This document shows, piece after piece, positions 9,810-19,390 of a DNA stretch of 64,000 nt. The DNA is from a candidate division WOR-3 bacterium (GTDB lineage Bacteria > Hydrothermota > Tepidihabitantia > B3-TA06): positions 142,921-206,920 of the forward strand of contig CBFGKC010000002.1 in the NCBI GenBank assembly GCA_965649265.1, in the 5' to 3' direction. Position numbers and translations under genes: made by a program. How positions within the stretch are numbered: position 1 is the stretch's first letter; each line of letters starts with the position of its first letter. Below the pieces are notes generated by a model, which was not told the DNA's origin, did no database searches, and saw only the letters and a program-made list of their open reading frames with translations.

Positions 9810-10372
9810 ACAGGTTGATACTTGCAACGCTTGCCGTTCTCGGCTGCGGGAAGATGCCCCCCAATCCGCTGGACGAGACGTTCTTTCCTGCAGGGGCAGG
9901 CTACGAGTGGGTGTACGAGCGCGAGAGCTACGTGTGGGATGACATGGCAAGCAGCAAGAGTGTTGATACCTTCAGCATCAAGGTCGTTTCCAAAACGACG
10001 AAAGACGGACTCACAATCTTCAAACTGAAGGGCGGGTCTTTCGAGGATGTGGGAGAGGAAATTGCCATCGCCGGGAACTATGTGGCCGTTTTTGAAGGGA
10101 TGGATACGATACCGCTCGTACCGCCTGAAGACTTCAAAGCGAAAGAATCATTCCCGGGGTACGGGGTCGTTTACAGGGGGGATACCCTGACGCTCAACTA
10201 CGACGTGGGCGGCGGGTACGTTCTAATGCTTTACTCGACCGAAAGAATCAAGGGCGTTGGCGTCATCCGCCAGACAGCCGAAATAAGGGAACCGCCGCAT
10301 TACGAGGGCCACGTTGACCGCCTCCTCTGCTTCATCAAGGGCCGGGATACATTATGGAAAACCACCCCATGA
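9806..10372 (+). CDS. Hypothetical lipoprotein
   Basis: Lipobox VLGC; 'FFPAGAGYEWVYE' domain shared with the next gene. Confidence 0.7.
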   Translation: MNRLILATLAVLGCGKMPPNPLDETFFPAGAGYEWVYERESYVWDDMASSKSVDTFSIKVVSKTTKDGLTIFKLKGGSFEDVGEEIAIAGNYVAVFEGMDTIPLVPPEDFKAKESFPGYGVVYRGDTLTLNYDVGGGYVLMLYSTERIKGVGVIRQTAEIREPPHYEGHVDRLLCFIKGRDTLWKTTP

Positions 10373-10521
10373 ACCTGTTTCGCGTGTCCAAGGAGAACCC
10401 GAGTACGAAGGGAATACACCAACTGAAGCAAAAATTTGCACAAAATGATAAGGGAGGAGGACCCCCTCTCTACTCGTCGTGCATTAAGATGCGTAGCTGC
10501 GATTCTTGAGATCATGAAGGA

Positions 10522-10537
10522 TGGCATTGGATTTGCT
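10522..10537 (+). promoter_or_regulatory. sigma54 (-24/-12) promoter
   Basis: TGGCAT-TGGAT-TTGCT with GG-N10-GC spacing, about 50 bp before the next start. Confidence 0.7.
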
Positions 10538-10585
10538 TAGTAATAGATTGTAGGGAGATTATCAAAGGCCTTGAAAGGAGGGGCT

Positions 10586-12115
10586 TTGAAGAAGGTTGTT
10601 TTATTGTTAGGGATGGCGGGATTGGTCATAAGCTGCCAGGTGGAGTATCCTGAGCTCGTAAAATTAATCTCACCTGCGGATGGAGCCATATTTGATACCG
10701 TTATACCTGAATTTACGTGGCATTCTGATCCTGTGGCTTCAGACTACATAATAAGAATTCTTGATGAAACAGGAACTGGGATTCTTGAGGACTCGCTTAA
10801 GGATACCACGTTCACGATACCTGATACTATATTCAATCAAATCGCTGATGGAATCTATAAATGGATGGTCGCACCACTGCCAGCAATGGATGAACTTCTG
10901 TGGAGTGACAGCCGGACTTTTATACTTGACAAGGAAGGATATCAGACACCTATGCTAATTATCCCGGAAGATGGCGATACTTTTTATATCACTCCACCTA
11001 AATTTGTCTGGCATTCCAGTATCGGTGCAAACTCCTATGTTGTCCGCATCGTGAAGGGTGCTTTCTTTACCGGCGAAGTCATCGTCGAGGATACGCTAGA
11101 GGACACAACTTATACCTTGCCTCAGGAAGATTTCGAGATAGCGCTTAACTCCGACTATGTTTGGTCGGTTGCCCCTCTCTCCCCCCAGGGCGGATTGACC
11201 TGGAGGGAGTTCTGGGAATTTACTTTGAACAAACCCATGCCTTCCGGGCCCGAGCAAATTTCTCCTACGGAAGGAACCGAGTTCACAGATGCACCGCCCT
11301 CATTTGTATGGCATTCAGATGCCTTAGCCAAAGCTTATATCTTCTTATTACACGGAGAGAACCTCCCGTATGGGGACACAATAGTTGTGGATACCCTTGA
11401 GGATACCACCTATGCTCTTTCGCGTGACATATTCGAAGTTTCGTATAACGGAACGTATAAGTGGTCTGTCGCATCCGTTGCCAACACAAATCAGTCTTTT
11501 TGGAGTATGCAACGTTCGCTTACTTTCAACCAACCGCAAGTTCAATTTGATCTCGACACAACTTATTTCCCCTTCGGCCTCGGGTATGAGTGGGTTTATG
11601 AAGAGCATGGAGAAGGCATCAACGGGTATGGGAGTGCTAGTTGGCTCGATACTATAACTATCCGAGTTGTTGATTCTTCGTTTGCTTTTAACGGCTGGAG
11701 TTTTAATTTACAGTGCCTGAGTCAAAATGGTCTTGGCTCTCCTAAGTTCTTTGATGTTGGCAACCCGGCAAGATTAGTAAAGACCTCGGTTATAATCCTC
11801 GGCAACAAAAAAATCGATGTTATTCCCATATCCATGAAAGAAGTCAATCCAATTCCAGATGGTTATGAAAAATACGAAATTAGTTACACTCTCGATACCC
11901 TGCAAATCACAACTTCTTCATCCGTTTGGCATGAAGATGACCCTCACGGTTGGGGTTACGACAAGGCTACTACAATTGCACGCGTAAGAGAAATAGGTAC
12001 CGTGAAGCAGGTGGACTATTACTGGTATGGCTATTATAACTGGAATGGTTATTCCATCTCCCATAGATTGATTCAATTCAGCAAAAACGGTACATTAGTT
12101 TGGCAAAGGAAGTAA
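10586..12115 (+). CDS. Lipoprotein with three Ig/FN3-like repeats plus C-terminal beta domain
   Basis: Lipobox VISC; three repeats 'P..G..F...P.F.WHS...Y....DT...Y.W.V'; TTG 10586 follows GGAGGGG. Confidence 0.75.
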   Translation: MKKVVLLLGMAGLVISCQVEYPELVKLISPADGAIFDTVIPEFTWHSDPVASDYIIRILDETGTGILEDSLKDTTFTIPDTIFNQIADGIYKWMVAPLPAMDELLWSDSRTFILDKEGYQTPMLIIPEDGDTFYITPPKFVWHSSIGANSYVVRIVKGAFFTGEVIVEDTLEDTTYTLPQEDFEIALNSDYVWSVAPLSPQGGLTWREFWEFTLNKPMPSGPEQISPTEGTEFTDAPPSFVWHSDALAKAYIFLLHGENLPYGDTIVVDTLEDTTYALSRDIFEVSYNGTYKWSVASVANTNQSFWSMQRSLTFNQPQVQFDLDTTYFPFGLGYEWVYEEHGEGINGYGSASWLDTITIRVVDSSFAFNGWSFNLQCLSQNGLGSPKFFDVGNPARLVKTSVIILGNKKIDVIPISMKEVNPIPDGYEKYEISYTLDTLQITTSSSVWHEDDPHGWGYDKATTIARVREIGTVKQVDYYWYGYYNWNGYSISHRLIQFSKNGTLVWQRK

Positions 12116-13482
12116 TGATGAGAAGGATTCTCATCCAAGCAATCTCTCCTCTCTTTTGTGCCTTTCTTTCGTGTATACAACCCCAGGAACAAGGAGCTAT
12201 AGCGGTTTCATCTATCCCACCTGGAGCAATTGTCTATCTGGACGATAGCCTTACAGGTATGAAAACTAATTGCGTTCTTACGAACGTCCAGTCCGGCGAA
12301 CATAAAATCAAATTAAGCATACCTGGCCTACCCGAATGGTCAACTATAGTTGACGTCAAAGCAGGGGACACCTGCGAGATTAATACTTCCTTTATAGTAG
12401 AAACCGGAAAAATAAAGTGGACATTTTCAGTCAGTACCGGCTACTATATCAAAACTTCACCCTCAATTGGGCAAGACGGCACTATTTACTACAGCGGGCA
12501 ATACGAGGTCATAGCCTTGAACCCGGATGGGACTCTGAAATGGAAAAAAAACTCAGATGAGAGATCATGCGGTCCAATGGTAATTTCCGAAAATGAATCC
12601 ATCTATTATGCATGCTTCGTCAATGATTATTATCGGATTGCTGCATTGAATTCAGATGGCAATAAAATATGGGAATTCTTTCCTGATAGCGGCTTTGGCG
12701 GCTCCGTATCACCTGCTTTAGACAGAGATGGATGCATTTATTTCTCGGCGGGAAATTGCCTTTATGCCTTGAACCCGGAAGGAAAATTGAAATGGAAATT
12801 TGAAATAGCAAGCAACGGCACCCCTACCATAGGTGATGACGGAACCATTTATGTTGGAGGAGATAGATATCTTTATGCCTTCAAGCCGGATGGAACATTG
12901 AAGTGGGTTCATGAGCCTGGAAGCACACCGGTAATTGGATCTGATAGGACTCTTTACTTCGGTTTCGGAAAGCACCTATACGCAACTTCTCAAAATGGAA
13001 CAACAAAATGTTTCTCCAAAGAACTGCCAGGTGATGTCTGCGGTATATCGATTGGCTCTGAAGGCAAGATATACGCCGGGATCGTCGATTGGAAAGATCT
13101 GGAAGAACAACCTGAGGCATGGTCATATTCATTTTCACCTTCAGGAGAGATACTCCAAACCTTTGGTAACTCTTGGTGCGAAATGATGTCAACCCCGACA
13201 ATAGGCAGAGATGGTTCGATTTATTTTACAGTCTGCCAAAAAAATTCCGAAGGTTATTATTCCAGCTATCTTTATTCTTACGGTAGTGATGGATGCCTCC
13301 AATGGAAGCTTGAAGGACCTTCCGAGTACTCCTCTCCTTCAATCGCCGAGGACGGCACACTTTTTGTAACTGGTAATAATGTGATATACGCCATTCAGAC
13401 CTCCTCCTTCGGACTCGCCCCATCCTCCTGGCCGAAGTATGGCCACGACAACCAGAACACCGGCAGGGCTGGAGGACCATGA
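12115..13482 (+). CDS. PEGA-domain + PQQ-like beta-propeller lipoprotein
   Basis: 'VSSIPPGAIVYLD' PEGA start, repeated 'P.IG.DGTIY...YA..PDG.LKW', end 'WPKYGHDNQNTG'. Confidence 0.85.
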   Translation: MMRRILIQAISPLFCAFLSCIQPQEQGAIAVSSIPPGAIVYLDDSLTGMKTNCVLTNVQSGEHKIKLSIPGLPEWSTIVDVKAGDTCEINTSFIVETGKIKWTFSVSTGYYIKTSPSIGQDGTIYYSGQYEVIALNPDGTLKWKKNSDERSCGPMVISENESIYYACFVNDYYRIAALNSDGNKIWEFFPDSGFGGSVSPALDRDGCIYFSAGNCLYALNPEGKLKWKFEIASNGTPTIGDDGTIYVGGDRYLYAFKPDGTLKWVHEPGSTPVIGSDRTLYFGFGKHLYATSQNGTTKCFSKELPGDVCGISIGSEGKIYAGIVDWKDLEEQPEAWSYSFSPSGEILQTFGNSWCEMMSTPTIGRDGSIYFTVCQKNSEGYYSSYLYSYGSDGCLQWKLEGPSEYSSPSIAEDGTLFVTGNNVIYAIQTSSFGLAPSSWPKYGHDNQNTGRAGGP

Positions 13483-13537
13483 CATAAATCCCCATGAACC
13501 TGCTCAGCATCTTTACGGAGACCCTGGATATGCAAAT

Positions 13538-14017
13538 CTAAGCACTAAGGTGTTTTTTTATAATATCTTCGACGTGTTCAAGCGTAGCCTGGACGGGTGG
13601 GGTTAGTGACGCGTTGAACTCAAGGCTGGCCGCCTGGACGCCCAGGAGTTCGATGGTTAAGCATGGATGCTCGACACGAGTCATCTTGACCCAGAAGGAG
13701 AGGGGCACCCCGTGCGTGGAGATGGTGCGGATGGGTAAAGAGAGAATTTCATCGGCGGAGAAGAAGCGGAGCTCGCCCGGCACCCCCTCCCAGTCGCACA
13801 CGTCGATGAGAAGTATACGGCCGGGTTTTTCCTTCTCGACGAGTCCGAGCGCGTTCTCCGGGACCTCTCCCCCATCAACAAGAGTCCAGTGGGAAGGGAT
13901 GGTGGAAGATTCCAGAAAACGGTCAATTGCCAGCGGCCCAAATGCGTCATCACCTCTGAGTCGATTACCAACACCTATAATGAGAATCTTAGGAGTACCG
14001 GAGCCGGACTCAGCCAA
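13538..14017 (-). CDS. Hydrogenase maturation protease (HycI/HybD family)
   Basis: IGVGNRLRGDDAFG, GEVPE, STHG. Start placed at the TTG overlapping the upstream stop. Confidence 0.85.
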   Translation of the reverse strand: MAESGSGTPKILIIGVGNRLRGDDAFGPLAIDRFLESSTIPSHWTLVDGGEVPENALGLVEKEKPGRILLIDVCDWEGVPGELRFFSADEILSLPIRTISTHGVPLSFWVKMTRVEHPCLTIELLGVQAASLEFNASLTPPVQATLEHVEDIIKKHLSA

Positions 14018-15272
14018 CGCCTGTGAACTCGTCAAGGATTCCGGCAAGCTTTTCAGCCAGCCTTCTACGTTCGAACCGAGCAATGAGGTCAGCTCTGGGA
14101 TCGTAAGGAAAAACGCCGTCAAGAAGAAGTTTCAGCCCACGCAAGACACCGTCAACATCTCCCTCTCTTGCAACACACCCCGTGCACGTCTCGCGAACAA
14201 GCAAGGCTGTTTCATGCTCTGGACTTACGGTGGCAAGTATGGGGACACCGGAGCCTATGTATTCGTATGTTTTCGCCGGGACGATCAGATCGGAATATTC
14301 GGAATGGTAGGGAAGCCACGCAAGGTCTGAACGCTCAAGCCGCCTCATGGTCTCTTTGTGCGGGAGATGGCCTAGACGTTCGATAAAATTAGAGACCCCG
14401 CTGCGCCTGATTCGCTCTTCTTCGACCGAGCTTATCTCACCCATTATCTGAACCTTAAGTTTTGCGGGCGTAATGCCTTCTTCGTCTCTCAACCTTCGTA
14501 TGGCCGCATAAAGGGTCGTTCCACGGTTGATGTGATCGAGTCCGAGGATACCCGTGTATGCAATTATCAAAGGTCCTCTTTTTCGACCTTGGGAATCCTT
14601 TTTTCGCAGAGAAAAATCCGCGGAATCAAACCCGTTGGGAATGTAGTTGATGCGAGGAGCCATCTCGGGATAACGATTCAGGAGGTCTCTCGAATGCGCC
14701 CTCGTGGCGGCAATGACGGCATCCGCATATTCGAGTATGGTTTTTTCATTCCTCTTATTAAGCGCTCTCTTCCAGCGTGATTTGTCGTGCTGGGGATGAC
14801 GTACCCACGGATCACGCATATCAATTATCAATGGCAATCCGGTAACTCTTTTTAAGAGCCGTCCGGTAAAGAAATTGCTCCACGGAGGAGCCGTCACGAA
14901 TATCGCATCCGCTTTCAGAGATAGCTTGTAAGCCTGGCGAAACGCCGGACCTACGTACCCGCTTTGTGTATCGGGCCATGAAAACCTCTGCGCTATCCAG
15001 CGAAGCGGGCTGTCTATTCTCGGTTTCAAGGGTCCGGCAAGCTTCTCGCGGAAACGAAAACTGTCGAATCCGGCAACCCTGTAAAGGGAAATATCCTTGA
15101 CTTCCTCAAGCATTTCGGAATCGGCCATATAAAAAGCGGAAGGCTGCGGCGCGATGACATGAGGTTTCCATCCGAAATCAGGCAGATACTTGCAAAACTT
15201 TGATACACGCTGAACACCCACGCCACCCAGAGGAGGAAAATAGTATGTAATTACAAGAAGATTCTTAGCCAC
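14010..15272 (-). CDS. Glycosyltransferase family 4
   Basis: YYFPPLGGVGVQR, TAPP, IPNGFD, PAKTYEY. Confidence 0.9.
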   Translation of the reverse strand: MAKNLLVITYYFPPLGGVGVQRVSKFCKYLPDFGWKPHVIAPQPSAFYMADSEMLEEVKDISLYRVAGFDSFRFREKLAGPLKPRIDSPLRWIAQRFSWPDTQSGYVGPAFRQAYKLSLKADAIFVTAPPWSNFFTGRLLKRVTGLPLIIDMRDPWVRHPQHDKSRWKRALNKRNEKTILEYADAVIAATRAHSRDLLNRYPEMAPRINYIPNGFDSADFSLRKKDSQGRKRGPLIIAYTGILGLDHINRGTTLYAAIRRLRDEEGITPAKLKVQIMGEISSVEEERIRRSGVSNFIERLGHLPHKETMRRLERSDLAWLPYHSEYSDLIVPAKTYEYIGSGVPILATVSPEHETALLVRETCTGCVAREGDVDGVLRGLKLLLDGVFPYDPRADLIARFERRRLAEKLAGILDEFTGVG

Positions 15273-16257
15273 TTATCTTCTTCATGAGTTTTTCAGCGTC
15301 TTTGACGATATCGGAGTACCCCAGGTCGCGGCGAATCTTGTCCTTGTTGTTGATGACATCCCACAGATAGCTTTTTGCCTTTGCCTTGTCGCCGAGCGCC
15401 GAGTAAACCTCGGCAAGACGAAGCTTGCATTGGTAGATGTTCGTGTAACACTTGGGCTGGTACCAGAAGATATCCCCGAGGAGCTTCTCGTAGAGAGCTT
15501 TGGCCTCCTCCCACATGCCGAGATCGATATAGAGTTCGCCCAGACCCCATCTGAAGGTGCGGGATTTTGGGTGCTCGGCAACAAGCTCCTTGCTTATCTC
15601 TAGCGCCTCCTTCGGCCTTCCCTCCTCCTTGAAGATAAAGGTCAGCGCCTGACCTGCCGATGCCTTGAAATATGTCCCCTTGTCATAGACGAGGCGGATC
15701 TCGTGAACCCCTTTCTCGACACTGGTCGAGCCCTTTGTTCCCGGAAGATAGCGATCGACCCGGCCGGAAAAGTAATCGTATGCGCCCTTCGCGAGATAGG
15801 CGTCGTAGAGCGTGGAGTCGAGTTCCACAGCCTTTAGCAAGGGATTGAGCGCGCTCGTCCCCGAAGAGAACGCTGCCAGGTACTGCCTCTTCCAGCCCGA
15901 GCGAACCATGCGGAAGACCTGAACCGAACCGATAAAGAGGAGGTCTCGTGCATTCTCGCCGTTGGCCTCGATGCCGGCCCTTGCCGCCTTCTCGGCTGCG
16001 GACATCTGCTTGTCAAAGTACCACTCGAGTGAGTCGGTTACGAAATCGGACATGTAGATGAAAGTGAGCGCGCCGTCGAGGAAGTAGGGCGCAGGGTCGT
16101 CCGGGCAGAGCCGTTTCGCCTCGGCGTAAGCCTTGCGAGCGGTCTCGTAATCCTCTATGTGGGATGCCTCGATCCCCTTGGTTAAGAGCGCCTCCGCCTC
16201 CGGCGTGAGCGCGGAAAGGAGGGGGAGGAGGGTGAGAAAGGCGGATAGATTACACAT
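15265..16257 (-). CDS. Exported TPR protein
   Basis: Signal peptide and Ala/Leu/Tyr helical repeats. Confidence 0.75.
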   Translation of the reverse strand: MCNLSAFLTLLPLLSALTPEAEALLTKGIEASHIEDYETARKAYAEAKRLCPDDPAPYFLDGALTFIYMSDFVTDSLEWYFDKQMSAAEKAARAGIEANGENARDLLFIGSVQVFRMVRSGWKRQYLAAFSSGTSALNPLLKAVELDSTLYDAYLAKGAYDYFSGRVDRYLPGTKGSTSVEKGVHEIRLVYDKGTYFKASAGQALTFIFKEEGRPKEALEISKELVAEHPKSRTFRWGLGELYIDLGMWEEAKALYEKLLGDIFWYQPKCYTNIYQCKLRLAEVYSALGDKAKAKSYLWDVINNKDKIRRDLGYSDIVKDAEKLMKKISG

Positions 16258-16282
16258 CAGTATCTAAAGACGAAAGCTGGAC

Positions 16283-16657
16283 TTAAATGGTTGCAATTGC
16301 CGCAATCTCGACCAGCGCACCCTTTGGTAGTCCGGCTGACTGGACGGTGAGCCGGGCGGGGTATGGTGCCGTGAAGAATGTCGCGTATATTTCGTTGACC
16401 TTTGGGAAGTCTACAAGCGAGGCGAGATGGATATCACATCTCACGATATCGTCCATGGTTGCCCCGGCTTCGTCAAGGATAGCCTTGAGATTGGACATGA
16501 CCTGCCTTGCCTGGGCCTCGACTCCTTCGAGGAGCTTATCTTGCTTGGGGTCAATGCCCAGCTGACCGGCGACGAAAATGAGGTTTGCCACCTGCACGGC
16601 CTGGCTGTACGGACCTATTGGCAGGGGCGCGTTGTCGGTTCTAATCTCTTTTTTCAT
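16283..16657 (-). CDS. ridA: RidA/YjgF enamine deaminase
   Basis: APLPIGPYSQA, PYPAR, LPKGALVEI. Confidence 0.93.
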   Translation of the reverse strand: MKKEIRTDNAPLPIGPYSQAVQVANLIFVAGQLGIDPKQDKLLEGVEAQARQVMSNLKAILDEAGATMDDIVRCDIHLASLVDFPKVNEIYATFFTAPYPARLTVQSAGLPKGALVEIAAIATI

Positions 16658-16833
16658 AAATACTTCCTTTCAAATATTTGATCCTTCACAAGGAGTCCCA
16701 TGCTTGGAAAGACACGGGCACTCGCATAGTCTAAGGCATAACCCCGGACCTGTCAACCCTTGATGTTGACAAATGTTTCAAACGAGTTAGTGTTTTAACC
16801 TTAAGGGAACGAATCAACAAATTGGAGGTAAGT

Positions 16834-17973
16834 ATGTTTTTATATAACTTGGTTTCATTCTTTTTGTCGGTAGTGGTAAGCTTGAGCCCTGGGTATTCAT
16901 CCAAAGACCAGGCTAATAAACTGCTAACCCACGTTTCCCTGGATGTCAAAGCCGCCACTCCGCTATTCTCCGAAACTACAACTATTAATGATTCAGGTTT
17001 TGTCTGGTTCTTTATTAATTGGGGACGGAACTTATATATAAGTCGTATCAGCCCCAGGGGTGAAATACTTTTGAATAAGCTCCTCATAGCTCAGATCAAT
17101 GAGGAATATCCCGAATTGTGGCTTAATGGTCCGATGGCGTGCGACCGCTGGGGCAACGTGTACTGCGGTTACTTCCCCAGAACGCGCGACAATCATACCT
17201 GCCCTCTGCATCTTATTCGCGTGACCCCTGGTGGCCAGGTAAAGGACTACTATCCTTGGCCTGACATTCGTGTTTACAACTATATGGAGGTTCTTCCCGG
17301 CGATACCTTGTTAGTTGCAGGATTCAGCAGCGATTTCAGCAAGATCAAGGTATATAAAGGCTTACTCGATGAGGAAGGCATTATCCCGGTTTTCGAGAAA
17401 GACTTCAAGTCAGGGTACAGCTCATTGAACGAAGTGGTATACAGTAAAGCTATGCCGCAAAGCAACACCATGCTTGACTGGGGCAGAAACTGGGGGCTAT
17501 ACATCATTAGCGACTCTGATTATAACACACCTGTACTTTCTGAGACTTTTAGAATTCAGAGGCTCAACCTGAATCTGGACACCGACCATTCTTACGAAGA
17601 TCTTGGCCTTTATGATTGGAACAAATATACCTGGAGAATTTTCCATAAAACGTGGATTGGAAATGTTACTATCACTCCCTACAAGAACGGTGGTTACGTG
17701 CTCTGTTTGGTTGAACCAATGGATGCTTCGACTACATATATGATTAGATTGGACAGCACCGGTGTGCCCATAGATCCAAAGACCCTGAGTGACGGAGGCA
17801 TAAGAAAGCCCATTGCCTTTGACAAACTCCCGGCGTCAGCCAAACCCTACGTGGGTTTCGGGTGGTGGGAAAGCCATCTTGAAAGGACGAAAAGGGATTC
17901 AGCGCACGTTACGTTCTGGGGCGTGGATAGCGAAGGAAACATCTACAACTACCGGAAACTCCAAAAGCTGTAG
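16834..17973 (+). CDS. Hypothetical exported protein, AT-rich
   Basis: About 380-codon ORF, GGAGGT RBS, N-terminal hydrophobic segment. Confidence 0.65.
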   Translation: MFLYNLVSFFLSVVVSLSPGYSSKDQANKLLTHVSLDVKAATPLFSETTTINDSGFVWFFINWGRNLYISRISPRGEILLNKLLIAQINEEYPELWLNGPMACDRWGNVYCGYFPRTRDNHTCPLHLIRVTPGGQVKDYYPWPDIRVYNYMEVLPGDTLLVAGFSSDFSKIKVYKGLLDEEGIIPVFEKDFKSGYSSLNEVVYSKAMPQSNTMLDWGRNWGLYIISDSDYNTPVLSETFRIQRLNLNLDTDHSYEDLGLYDWNKYTWRIFHKTWIGNVTITPYKNGGYVLCLVEPMDASTTYMIRLDSTGVPIDPKTLSDGGIRKPIAFDKLPASAKPYVGFGWWESHLERTKRDSAHVTFWGVDSEGNIYNYRKLQKL

Positions 17974-17978
17974 GGAGA

Positions 17979-18014
17979 GGTCCCCCCAAAAGCTACGGGG
18001 TAGCTTTTGGGGGC
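17979..18014 (+). repeat. GGGGTCCCC-type REP-like palindrome
   Basis: GGTCCCCCCAAAAGCTAC-gg-GGTAGCTTTTGGGGG. Confidence 0.6.
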
Positions 18015-18015
18015 A

Positions 18016-18190
18016 TAAAAGCAGGAGGCGCCTGGTTAGCCAAGCGCCCCATGGTGATTTCCTCCTCCCATCATCTCCTTTACCTTTCCTCACCCGGTAA
18101 CACATCGCCCTTTTCAACCTTCTTCAGTGCCCCTAGCACCAAAGAAGCTCTCACCTCCTCCCTTTCTTCCATCTCCCTCTATGGTGGCAC
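18016..18190 (-). ncRNA. Candidate sigma54-dependent GGA-rich small RNA (or mRNA of a 30-aa peptide, 18172-18080)
   Basis: Lies downstream of the sigma54 site, has about 9 GGA motifs and ends in a GC hairpin plus U-run. Confidence 0.45.
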
Positions 18191-18200
18191 TTAACTAGTA

Positions 18201-18264
18201 AGCAAGAACCATGCCAACTATCGTCCAAAATACGCTTAAGGGACGCTTGCAAATCAAGCCTTTG
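18201..18264 (-). promoter_or_regulatory. sigma54 promoter with IHF site
   Basis: Minus-strand TTGGCAT-GGTTC-TTGCT at 18217-18201; AATCAAGCCTTTG (WATCAANNNNTTR) at 18252-18264. Confidence 0.7.
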
Positions 18265-18411
18265 CGGAGGGGGGAGGAGGCGGGTCAAAATGATATCATT
18301 TTTTTTAACTATGTGTATCAAGGAAATTATACTTTTTGGTAAATGCACTGAACCATCTGGCCGCCGTCAGAAAATACCGGATAGTGCCACAGGTTATTTT
18401 CGATAAGTATG

Positions 18412-18450
18412 TAAATTCAAAGAAATTGTTAAGCAATTTCTTTGAATTTA
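18412..18450. terminator. Long AT-rich inverted repeat, likely terminator of the ptb operon
   Basis: TAAATTCAAAGAAATTG-5 nt-CAATTTCTTTGAATTTA. Confidence 0.55.
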
Positions 18451-18488
18451 GGGTCCCCATTAAAATCGCAACGCGATTTTAATGGGTT
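18451..18488 (+). repeat. GGGGTCCCC-type REP-like palindrome
   Basis: GGGTCCCCATTAAAATCGC-aac-GCGATTTTAATGGGTT. Confidence 0.6.
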
Positions 18489-18491
18489 TTC

Positions 18492-19382
18492 TTAACTTGC
18501 TACCGCACCCAGCGCGATTGAGTAGAGCTTGGTCTTGGCGTCGTCCGCGCGTGAGAGCATGAGCACGGGTTTCGAGGCACCCGCGACTATTCCACACGCG
18601 TTCGCACCGCCCAGGTAGATGAGCCCCTTGGCGAACATATTTCCGGTCGCGATGTCGGGAACGATGAGGACATCTGCTGCGCCCGCGACCTTGCTCTTGA
18701 CACCTTTAATCTTGACCGCTTCTTCGGAGACTGCAAGATCGAGCGCGAGAGGACCGTCTACCAGCGCACCCTTTATCTGACCTCGCGCGGCCATCTGGGT
18801 TATTTCGGCCCATTCTACGGTCTCGGCCATCTTGGGATTCACGACCTCCACGGCGGCCATGAGCGCGACCTTGGGTTCGGCGATGCCGAGGGACTGCGCG
18901 ACCGCGACCGCGTTGCAGATGATGTCCAGCTTGGTCGCGAGATCGGGACAGATGTTCATGCCGCCGTCGGATACGAGCAGCAGACGCCCCAGGTTCGCGG
19001 GTTCAACGATGGCGATGTGGGATAGCACCCTGCCCGTGCGTAACCCGCGCTCCTTATCGAGCACGGCTCCGAGAAATTTTGAAGTCTCGAGGTGCCCTTT
19101 CAGAAGGAAGTCGCCGTTAGTGCGGACTTCGTTGACGGCCACGAGTGCCGCCTCTTCGTCGGGGCAGTCGACGACTTCGAACCCGTCGAGCGCGACCCCT
19201 ACCTCTGCGGCGGCCTTTTTAATCTTATCCTTCGGCCCGCAAAGTATGCCCTTAGCAATGCCTTCCTTTTGGGCTTCGGCAAGTGCCTCGAGAGTGACAG
19301 GGTCGGCGGCCGCGGCGACAACCGATCGCCGCGGCCCCAAATCACGTGCCTTTTTCTTGAGTTCCTTAAGCGACTTGATCAT
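18492..19382 (-). CDS. ptb: Phosphate butyryltransferase, paralog 1
   Basis: LLKG, SDGG, VDGPLALDLAVS, GNMFAK, SRAD. Confidence 0.88.
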   Translation of the reverse strand: MIKSLKELKKKARDLGPRRSVVAAAADPVTLEALAEAQKEGIAKGILCGPKDKIKKAAAEVGVALDGFEVVDCPDEEAALVAVNEVRTNGDFLLKGHLETSKFLGAVLDKERGLRTGRVLSHIAIVEPANLGRLLLVSDGGMNICPDLATKLDIICNAVAVAQSLGIAEPKVALMAAVEVVNPKMAETVEWAEITQMAARGQIKGALVDGPLALDLAVSEEAVKIKGVKSKVAGAADVLIVPDIATGNMFAKGLIYLGGANACGIVAGASKPVLMLSRADDAKTKLYSIALGAVAS

Positions 19383-19390
19383 CGAGCCTC

